From the NCBI GenBank assembly GCA_026396115.1, contig JAPLXL010000006.1, positions 1 through 53,028 of the forward strand: 53,028 nt of DNA, given 5' to 3'. This DNA comes from Candidatus Nealsonbacteria bacterium. GTDB lineage: Bacteria; Patescibacteriota; Minisyncoccia; Minisyncoccales; RBG-13-42-11. How positions within the stretch are numbered: position 1 is the stretch's first letter; each line of letters starts with the position of its first letter. A model generated the notes under the pieces. It was given only the letters and a program-made list of their open reading frames with translations. It made no database searches and was not told the DNA's origin. Shown piece after piece: positions 35,951 to 45,900 of the stretch. Made by a program: the position numbers and the translations under genes.

Positions 35951-36172
35951 ATGGCGAAATATAATTTTGATGAAATAAAATTTTGGCGAACTATTCAGAA
36001 AAATGAGGTTGATTTTGTGGTCGGGGGAGAAATTCCCTTTTCAACAAATTTCAATAACTTTCTACGAATTTCTATTATATTTCTTGTAATTATCGCTTGG
36101 ATTTTTCCGGATGACCGCAGGTTTGGCAAAAGCCGGCAATTCAGCCGGAGGTTAAAGAAGCAGTGCTGGTAG
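35951..36172 (+). pseudogene. remnant of the C-terminal end of a DUF4143/AAA-ATPase-type gene
   Basis: IKFWRTIQKNEVDFVVGG resembles the conserved C-terminal WR..G.EVDFV motif of that family. The rest is low-complexity read-through with no upstream ATPase domain. Confidence 0.35.
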
Positions 36173-36227
36173 CTCAATACATTTAAATAGAACTTGAAAC
36201 ATCCAAAAATTTTAAATAAAATAAAAT

Positions 36228-36256
36228 GGCAGAGAATAGTTCTCTGCCATTTTTTG
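36228..36256. terminator. bidirectional-looking terminator hairpin
   Basis: GGCAGAGAA-tagt-TCTCTGCC flanked by an A-run and a T-run. Confidence 0.6.
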
Positions 36257-36288
36257 TCTGGGGGATGTATTTGGTAAACTTAGCTTGT

Positions 36289-36370
36289 CAACGCGAAAGT
36301 TGAAAAGTAATTCTTTTTGGAATCATCGCACAACGCGAAAGTTGAAAGATGATTCTCTAGAATCATCGCA
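36289..36370. repeat. two tandem 42/40-nt direct repeats, each with internal palindromes
   Basis: CAACGCGAAAGTTGAAAAGTAATTCTTTTTGGAATCATCGCA followed by CAACGCGAAAGTTGAAAGATGATTCTCTAGAATCATCGCA. The second unit holds the 9-bp-arm palindrome GATGATTCT-ct-AGAATCATC. Confidence 0.85.
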
Positions 36371-36376
36371 CAAATT

Positions 36377-36619
36377 TTAGCCCAGATGTATTTTGCCTTT
36401 TGATTCAATCTTTCGTAAGAAAAGCTCAATGTCTTCTGGTTTGTAAATTCGATAATTATTTAAAGGATTTCGATAAGCAATTAATTTTCCTGACTTATCC
36501 CAATTTCGGAGAGTTAAAGGAGTAACTCCCAACAAGTCAGCTGTTCGTTTGACGGTGAGGTATCTTTTTTCAATTTTTGGTTTTTTTATATGATGAAGTC
36601 CGATAGAAAAATTTTTCAT
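36377..36619 (-). CDS. small MerR-type HTH DNA-binding protein (80 aa, DNA-binding domain only)
   Basis: YLTVKRTADLLGVTPLTLRNWDKSGKLIAYRNPLNNYRIYKPEDIELFL matches the MerR/excisionase-type HTH pattern. Confidence 0.75.
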   Translation of the reverse strand: MKNFSIGLHHIKKPKIEKRYLTVKRTADLLGVTPLTLRNWDKSGKLIAYRNPLNNYRIYKPEDIELFLRKIESKGKIHLG

Positions 36620-36673
36620 ATTATTAATGTTTATTAATCTTTTTTAGGATAAAACTTTAATAAACTTTATTAT

Positions 36674-36712
36674 ATTATAATCTTGTTCGAATAACCTTGT
36701 CAATGTGGATAA
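36674..36712 (-). promoter_or_regulatory. promoter of the MerR-type gene with an abutting perfect TTATCCACA box
   Basis: Minus-strand reading: TTATCCACA (36712-36704), TTGACA (36703-36698), 17-18-nt spacer, TTATAAT. Confidence 0.6.
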
Positions 36713-36761
36713 CTCGATATCCTCCCATATCGGAGAGGGGTCGGGAGAACCCTCTGGTTGC

Positions 36762-36803
36762 TGAATCGCAATGAAGCGAAAGATGAGATTTATCTCATCG
36801 CAC
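36762..36803. repeat. palindromic repeat family copy R21 (arm IV) in the divergent regulatory region
   Basis: TGAATCGCAATGAAGCGAAAGATGAGATTTATCTCATCGCAC. Confidence 0.75.
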
Positions 36804-36865
36804 ATCCCGTGTAGGAAAACAGGCTTTCGCCGAAGGCGAGAGAGTGTCTTTGTACTACCCACGAG

Positions 36866-36902
36866 TTTTCCACAGTTGACAAAGTTTTAAACATGCTAAA
36901 AT
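36866..36902 (+). promoter_or_regulatory. promoter of the giant gene with an adjacent TTTTCCACA box
   Basis: TTTTCCACA (8/9 of TTATCCACA), g, TTGACA, 15-nt spacer ending in TGC, TAAAAT (extended -10 type). Confidence 0.5.
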
Positions 36903-36965
36903 AGATTAGATTATATTGATTAATCTCAAAATCTCGATGGTCGAGATACGAGCTTATTCTTCTAT

Positions 36966-39900
36966 ATGGACATTATTAGAAGAAAAGCTAATACTGAATA
37001 TATTGTCCTGCAAAAAGCAGCCAGTAAAACTGGCTATGTTTCTGATTATATTGGCTGGCTTATTAGAACCGGAAAAGTTAAAGGAAAAAAAGTTTATACC
37101 CAAACTTCTTTGCAGGTAGAAAGAGAAGAACTAATTAAATATTGCCAAAAACAGAAAAATCTCGTGTTTCGAGATTTTTCTGTTTTCAAGAAAGAATATC
37201 TATCTTTGAAAGAAGCGGCTGAAATTTCAGGCTATGCCTCAGATTATATTGGCTGGCTTATTAGAACCGGAAAAGTTAAAGGAAAAAAAGTTTACACCGG
37301 TATATCATGGCAGACGACCGAAGAAGCCATAAGAGATTATCAGGAAAGAAAAAAACGGAAAAAAATATTTTTTAATTTTCCATCATATATAAAATTAATC
37401 CATCTTGTTCCGGAAAGCGGGAATAAGGTTTTTGGTTTCGGTTGGCGTTTATCTTTAACAGCTCTCATTATTTTCTTTTTGGTTTCCGGTTTTGCTCCAA
37501 TAAAATTTTTGCACAGTTCTCTTATTTCGGCTATCACTGCCGGAGAGACAAAAACGATTAATTATTATCCCGCCGTTTCATCTGGGGACTGGCAGAATCC
37601 GGAGAATGTTCAAGCACTACCAGAGGTCGGGTCGAGCGGTGACATAAACTCGTTTAACGAAAACAATTCAGCGGTTTACAAAACAGGACCCCTGGCATTA
37701 ATAATTGAAGGTTTTGTTGTTGAAGAAGAGCTTGGTGGAAAAGAACCGATTATTATTGAAGAAGAAAAAGATGAAGTAGAAAAGGATGAAGTGGAAGAAG
37801 TAGATGAGGTGAAAGAAGTAGAAGAAACAGAAGAATTAGAAGTAATTCCTGAAGAGGTTCAAGAAAACGAAACTCTGGAAACCGAGGAAGAAATTTTTAA
37901 TCCAGAACTTCAAACTTCTTTATTTGAGACGTTTAAAAGATTTTTTGGGTTTAAAGCTTATGCCCAAGAAAATACGTTTTCAGCAAAAATTAAACTATCT
38001 TTTGCCATAGGAGAAAAAGAATCGGATATTCAAATAATTGAAAACCAAGAAATTGAGCCTGTACCTTCAGATTCTGAACCAACTGGTCTTTGGAATAAAA
38101 CTAAAAATTTCTTCAGCATTTTAGATAACAAAATAAGCCAGATAGTTGAATCTTTAAAAATTAAAAATTTCTTAGTTGTTAAAGCCGACGAAGGACAAGC
38201 AGAGAACGGGTCTCTACCTGCTGAGGAAATGCTTTCGCATTTGGATAGCCGAATTATTATCTGGTGGTCTTTGGATGGCCAAGATTGGCAGCAATTAGTT
38301 ACTATTTCTGATTATCCGCTTTCTAATTTCTTGAATGGCGGCTATTTTGAATACGAAGCTCCCTTTTTGAAAGATTTTGAAGATGTCAAAAATCTAAAAA
38401 TTAAATTTGAAGGAGTAGTTGGCAGCGAGACCAATATTGTAGCTTATTTAGATAGCGTTTGGGTGGAAGTAGAGTATAAGGAAGAAAAAGAAGAAGAGGA
38501 ATTTGAGCTGATAGCCATTAAAAAAGATTGGCAAGCAAACGAGACACCTACTTTTGAAATTCTAGCCAAGGGTGAGAAAAAAACAGAAAATATTATTGAA
38601 AAATTAGCAGGTCAGGTCTCCTCGTTTTTTATAGAAAAACCTGAAATTAAAGTCAAAGCTGATATTGCCTTTCCTCAGGGAGAAATTCGATCTCTGAAAG
38701 AAGATAAAGATTTCAAAGCCGAAACCCATTCGCCAACTAAAATTACAATTTTCAGACCGGAGGAATTTAGTCCCGGACGATATAATTTAAAAATTGAATT
38801 TGAGAAAAACGGCAAAATTCATATTCTTGAACAAGATTTCACCTGGGGAGTTTTGGTAATTAATGTTAATAAATCAATTTATTTACCACAAGAAAAAGCC
38901 TATTTACAAATGGCGGTTTTGGATGAGGAAGGTCGTACCATTTGCGGTGCCGATTTAACCTTGGAAATTACTGCCTCCGATGGAACAAAAACAACATTTA
39001 AAACAGAAGGCCAACAGGAAACTACTTCAACTTTAGAAGCCACTACTACTGAAGCCACAACAACAGAGGCAACTTCGACAGAAGAAGTTTTAGAAGAAGC
39101 AACCTCAACTTCTTTAGAGGCAACCACTACTGAAGCAACCACCACCGAAATAACTATTATTGAAGCCACAACTACCGAAGCCACCTCAACCGAATTAACT
39201 ACCACTACCGAAGAGTCAGCTACTACTTCAATATCTGAAATAGCCACCACTACTTATACAGAGAACGGGTCTCTGAAATCTGAAACTTCGACTTCAGAAA
39301 TTCAAGAGAGTGAATCAACGCCTGAAATAACTACTTCCATAACTAGTTTTTGGAATAAAATTAAAAATCCTTTTGCAATTCTCAAAGCCAAAGCAGCCGA
39401 TAATTCTTCAGTCGGAGTAATAGAACGAAGCCCAGAATGCGGGCCAAGTTCCGTAACTTATACGCCTGATTACTATACATATTATAATGTTGAGGGCCCA
39501 GGAGTTTATCAATTAAATTTAACTGCTACTACTAAAAACGGCACCCGTTCAATAACTGACTCATTTGAAGTCAGAGAATCAGTGCCTTTTGATGTTGAAA
39601 GAATTGGGCCGACTAGAATTTTCCCACCAGCAACTTATGAGATGATCCTGCGGATAAAAGCTAATCAGGATTTTAAAGGAGAAGTTGTTGAAACAGTACC
39701 AACAAGTTTTGAAATTATTAACCCACCAATAGACACTAATATTAAACTAAATGACACTAATAAAGAAATAATCTGGGACGTAAATTGGAAAGCAGGGGAA
39801 TCCTATGAACTAAAATATCAATTTGATGCGCTGGATATCAGCCCTTACATATATTTACTGGGTCCGTTAACTTTTGAAGAAAATGAAAATCTTTTAAATA

Positions 39901-42900
39901 AACTAAAAGAAATTATAACTGAAACCGATGCCAGCGTTGTATTCAGCGAAGCAAGGCAGTGGCAGATTGCGGCTGATGCGTCGGGAAGGCGAGTTAAAAC
40001 TGTTGAATTTTTTGCCGGTCAATATAAAGGTTCAGCCACCAACCAAAATGAAAACGCTGTTTTAAGTTTTTCTTCGCCGGCCACCTCTACGATTAATATT
40101 CCGGAGAGCAATATTGACATCAAGAATGCTTATGTACAACTTGAGGCGCAGATTGGCGCCACCACGGCTAGAACTTACTACGGCATTATTATTTACTTTG
40201 ATTCCTGCGTTTCCCCATGCACGCCCTCGCCAGCCGCTTTTCTGACCAATCAGGGAACAAATATTATCGGCACAAACTCCGGCGAATCACGATATGTGCA
40301 ATCTTTGGCTAATGTTACTTCAGAAGGCACCTTAGACACATTTACCGGCGGAACCCTGACTGCTCAAGTTCAATATTGCTTTTCCACTTCCACAAGCGGC
40401 GGCTGCACCGGAACTGCTGCGGCGAACATTCAGGCCGCCCATGCCAAATTAGTGGTAACTTATGAATACGATGCTACTTCAACCACCGGAGTCAACACTG
40501 TCATCTATCCTTTGATGTCCACATCTACCGTCGACAGCGGTTCAAAAATGGCTGAGCAGGCGGTCTGTACGATGGATTCAAACTGCCCGAAGTTTGATTT
40601 CAATGTTGATGCACCGGAGGCCCAAACAACGGTTTCCCAGTGGTTTGAGATACAACAGCATGCTGAAAAGACGACATCTGGTACTGCCGATCTTTCGGTG
40701 ACTCCCCAGATAGACGGATTTACAAGCGGGTCGGTGCATTACAGCGAGGATGCCCTCAACCGAAACAGTGGGTGGAAAAGATGGTTTGTAAATAATCTGG
40801 CAGGATTTGCCACCAGCACCGCCAAAAAATTTGAATACGGAATCGCGGGTAATTACTGGACCGCGACGCTCATGGGCGGGGAGGTGTATTATACCTATAC
40901 TTATTCTTACTCGGCTCCAACCAAGACAAGAACTGTGGTTTATCCGGTAGGCATTATTTGCGGCACAGCCTGTACTTCAAAATCTAGCTTAACCGGTCCG
41001 ACAGTTTATTTTGGCGAAAGCGGGGTGACGGTAAAAAGCGCTTATTTCCGTATCAGAACCAGTCATGGCGGCTCAACCACCAACGGCACCATTCGGGTTA
41101 CCACCAAGGTTGGCGATAACACAGAATCTGGGGATTATGATTACGCAATGGGAGCCGGTACCTATCCGGTAAGCGAAAATGGTTATTTTATCCATGTGAT
41201 TCCTTCTTCAGATTACGCTAAACTGGCTTCGGGTGAACAAGCCGCTCAGATGACAGCTTATTGGGCGGCAACAGCTGGCGGTGGAATTTCGGCTGAACTC
41301 GTTGTCACCTACACCTATACTGGCGAGGACAGCGGCTATTTGGTTTATCAATCTCTTTTTTCCGGGCAGAAAACCGGGACCATGCTGGCTGACGCAACGC
41401 AATATAGCACAGGTCAAAATGTGACAACTACCATGCCAGAGACAACCGGAACAAAAACAATCAGAGGAGCAAGTATGGAAATGAGCCTTAATCTAACAGA
41501 CGATGACACCACAATTGAAGCTGATCCTGATATCAGCACCAATTTAGGAACCACAACTTGTACCGCCCAAACTGGGCCGGCTGAAATGTTGATTGATAAA
41601 TATGGCGCTACTTATGGCGAGGTCGAAAACATGGGAATGTTTAAGGATGTCACAAGCGTCGTGGGAAACAGCAACGCTACCTATACTGCCTGCGCGGTTC
41701 TTGATGACCCGTCAGGCGCGCCGGCCGATGTTTATGCCGGCAATCACGCAATGGTTTTAAGGATTGTCTACCAATGGCAGGCACCGCAGGCACCGATTCC
41801 CATTCTCAACCAGAATCACTATCGCTGGAGGAATAACTCAACAGCTTTAAATACTGATGGCGGTTGGCTGGCAGCTACTGATACTGCCTATACTTCTTTA
41901 CAAAAAGCAACCACTACTCGTTTAAGAGTGGAAATTGCCAATACCGGTACTGCCGCGGCTACTGGAACCCAATACCAACTTGAATATGCTGGAAAAGTTG
42001 GCGTTTCTTGTGGTGATGACGAAACTTTCTCTGCTGTACCCACCACTACTGCTTCAGCCCATTTTGTAATGGCTACCTCAACCCAATATTCAGACAACGC
42101 TACCATCACCACTTTTTTTTTAACCCCAACTGGTACCTCTACCGATGGTAAGGGAGTAACTTATCCTTCAAATAAAACTGCTGTTTTTGACTTAACTGAT
42201 GGTTATTATACTGAATTCGAATATGCTATTCAGGCAACTACCAATGCTATCAGCGGCCAGGCCTATTGCTTTCGTTTAACCAATAACGGCGCCACTACCA
42301 CTTTTACTTATGATATTCATCCTGAGGTTCAAATATATATTTCTCCACCTAATATTACCCAGCGGGCCTACATCTTTAGAAGCGATGACGGAGGAAGAGG
42401 ATATGGTGGAACTGATATGTCTAATGCCAATACGACCAGCACTGAGGTTAAGAAAGGACAAAGAATGATTGCCAGGATTCAGGTAGATAATACAGGAGTT
42501 ACTTCCACTGATGTCTACAAGCTTCAATATGACAAGAATGATAATAATTGGACTGATGTCAGAAGACAAGGAGAAATTCATTATAACCGAAGTTATTTAG
42601 GCAGGGATGAAGATGCCATCCCTTACCCAGCTGCCGGTTCTTGCACTGGCGGTACCACCTGGATAGATGGAGAGTTCTATGAAAACAGAAACAGAACAGA
42701 TGCCTTTGTTTTAGGTCCCAACAAATGCACTGAGTTTGGCTTCCTGATTGATACTTCCAGCAGTACGGTTGATACTACCTACCGTTTAAGGCTGATTAAC
42801 CTCACTGCCAGTTCTACCTTAGATACATATATATATTATCCTTCCTTTACCATTGTTAGTTCTAGCAATGATACCCAAAGATATTCCAAGTCTTTGCAAA

Positions 42901-45900
42901 TCAATGAACCTCTTACCATAGGCCAGCTTAAATACCTTTTGGACAAGCAGGGATATTCTAATGCCAATGTTGATGATTCAGCCAGAGACATTCTGAACAA
43001 TGTCATAATGGATACTCCTACTTCCACTTATAATGTGTATTTAGAGTATGCCTCAACCGATGATGCTAATTTCGGTCGTTCCGTTTCTTCTGGCGATGTC
43101 AACGGAGATGGATATGATGATTTGGTAGTAGGAGCCCAGATATCTGACCTCAAAGCCACTGCTGCCGGAGCAGCCTTTATCTATTACGGAGGTCCCTCAA
43201 TGTCAACCACTTCTACCTATGATGTCTATCTTGAGTATCTCTCAACCGATACTGATGCCTATTTCGGTAATTCTGTTGATGCTACTGGCGATGTTAATAA
43301 AGATGGGTACAATGATATAATTGTTGGGGCTTATAGTTCTAATATCAAAACCACTGATGTAGGAGCTGCCTTTATCTACTACGGTTCTTCCACAATGCCT
43401 ACTACTTCTACCTATGGTGTCTATCTAGAATATCCGGGAACTGATGCTTCTGGTTTTGGTTATGCTGTCTCTTCAGCCGGGGATGTCAATGGAGACGGAT
43501 ATGATGATGTAATTGTTGGAGCTTATCTTTCTGGTGCCAAGCAAGCCAGTGGAGGGGCAGCTTATATTTATTACGGCTCCTCTGCAATGTTAACTACTTC
43601 TACTAATAATGTATATATTGCATATCCTGGAACTGATGGTGGTCGTTTCGGCCGTTCTGTATCCTCAGCTGGTGATGTTAACAGCGATGGGTATGACGAT
43701 GTAATTATCGGGGCTTATTATTCTAATATTAAGGCCAGTTTAGTAGGAGCTGCCTATATTCTTCGCGGTTCTTCTTCTTTAACCAGTACAGAAAATCCTG
43801 ATGTCTATCTTCAATATCCCGGAGCTGATACAGGTGTCATGTTAGGTTGGTCTGTCTCCTCAGCCGGGGATGTCAATGGAGACGGCTATGATGATGTAAT
43901 TGTTGGAGCCTATAGTTGTGATTTTAAGGTCGCTAATGCCGGAGCGGCCTTCATCTATTACGGAGGTTCCTCAATGTCACCCACCTCAAGTTACAATGTT
44001 TATCTTGAATATCCGGGGACCGATGATGCCTTTTCCGGTAATTCCGTTTCCTCGGCTGATGTTAATGGAGATGGATATTCTGATTTAATTGTAGGAGCCT
44101 ATCTGTCTGATCTCAAATTATCTGCAGGTGGAGCTACTTTCATTTATTACGGTTATTCATCAATGCCAACAACCTCTACCTATGACGTTTATCTTGAATA
44201 TCCAGGAAGCGATATAAGTGCTGATTCTGGGTATGATGTTTTTTCTGGGGATATTAATGGCGATGGCTATCCTGATGTAATTTCAGGAGCTTTTATTTCT
44301 GACATTAATGCCACTGATGCCGGAGCTGCGTTTATTTACTGGGGAGGCAGGAATATGGACACCACCTCTACCTACGAGCACTATCTTCAGTATGCCGGAA
44401 CCAATTCTGCCTATCTCGGCGGTTCCGTGTCCTCAGCCGGCGATGTCAATGGGGATGGCTACGATGATGTAGTGGTGGGAGCCTATCAATGTAACTTTAA
44501 GGCCATTGGTGCCGGAGCCGCCTTCATTTACTACGGAGGTCCCTCAATGTCAACCACCTCAACCTATAATGTCTATCTTGAGTATGCCTCAACCGATGAT
44601 GCCTATCTCGGTCGTTCCGTGTCCTCAGCCGGCGATGTCAATGGAGATGGCTACGATGATGTGGTGGTGGGAGCCTGGGGTTCTGACATCAAAGCCGCTG
44701 ATGTCGGAGCCGCCTTTATTTACTACGGAGGTCCCTCAATGTTAACCACTTCCACCTATGATGTTTATCTTGAGTATGCCTCAACCGATACTAATGCCAA
44801 TTTCGGTAATTTCGTGTCCTCAGCCGGCGATGTCAATGGAGATGGCTACGCTGATGTGGTGGTGGGAGCCTATCGTTCTAACCTCAAAGCCACTGATGCC
44901 GGAGCGGCTTTTATTTACTACGGAGGTCCCTCAATGTCAACCACCTCAACCTATAATGTCTATCTTCAGTATGCCTCAACCGATGTTGCCTATTTTGGCC
45001 ATTCTGTCTCCTCAGCCGGCGATGTCAATGGAGATGGCTACAATGATGTGGTGGTGGGAGCCGATTATTCTGACCTCAAAGCCTCTAATGCCGGAGCGGC
45101 TTTTATTTACTACGGAGGTCCCTCAATGTCAACTACCTCAACTTATAATGTCTATCTTCAATATGCCTCAACCGATGATGCCTATTTCGGCCAATCTGTC
45201 TCCTCAGCCGGCGATGTCAATGGAGATGGCTACGCTGATGTGGTGGTGGGAGCTCAGTATTCTGACCTCAAGTTCTCTAATGCCGGAGCGGCCTTCATCT
45301 ATTACGGAGGTCCCTCAATGTTAACCACTTCCACCTATAATGTCTATCTTGAGTATGCCTCAACCGATGTTGCTGATTTCGGCTATTCCGTGTCCTCAGC
45401 CGGCGATGTCAACGGAGATGGCTACGATGATGTGGTGGTGGGAGCCGAAATTTCTGACCTCAAAGCCGCTGATGCCGGAGCCGCCTTCATCTATTACGGA
45501 GGCTCCTCAATGTCAACTACCTCAACCTATAATGTCTATCTTGAGTATGCCTCAACCGATGATGGCCGTCTTGGCCAATCCGTGTCCTCAGCCGGCGATG
45601 TCAACGGAGATGGCTACGATGATGTGGTGGTGGGAGCCTTTTGGTCTGACCTCAAAGCCGCTAATGCCGGAGCGGCCTTCCTATATATGGGTGCTAAATC
45701 CATTTCCTCCCCCTATTTCTATTTTGCCGAAAAAGTTTCCGGCACCCCGAGCAATATTGATGCTACCTGGAATGGCCAATCATCAATCAATGCCTCAACC
45801 AAAAACCTTAAATTAGATGTTTATCGTTTTGGAACAACTCAATGGGAAAATGCCACCACCAATTCCAGCTGCGCCACTAATACTGACTGCACCTTATCTA

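Noticed and set aside
36155-36200. tRNA-like fragment (GTGCTGGTAGCTCAATAC) as a tRNA gene or att scar
   Set aside because: Only a D-arm-like 5' piece is present. There is no matching GAGC, anticodon arm or T arm, so no cloverleaf can be folded.
36289-36370. Possible CRISPR array
   Set aside because: There are only two directly abutting repeat units with no spacers, and no cas genes are in the window.
36704-36874. Chromosomal replication origin, suggested by the TTATCCACA DnaA boxes
   Set aside because: There are only one perfect and one 8/9 box here, plus a single box 16 kb away. There is no box cluster, no dnaA or dnaN, and no obvious AT-rich unwinding repeats. All boxes sit at promoter -35 elements, so a regulatory role is more likely. 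This is still listed as a finding.
36644-37119. ORFs 36644-36862 (minus strand, 72 aa) and 36916-37119 (plus strand, 67 aa)
   Set aside because: The first spans the divergent promoter region and a repeat copy. The second overlaps the start of the giant gene out of frame. Neither has recognisable motifs.
43900-45816. Pro/Met-rich alternative-frame ORFs (for example 44758-45324 and 45340-45816) inside the giant gene
   Set aside because: These are frame-shifted readings of the 192-bp FG-GAP repeats. Their periodic peptides (PQPMMPIS...) mirror the repeat and are embedded in a much longer, motif-rich frame.
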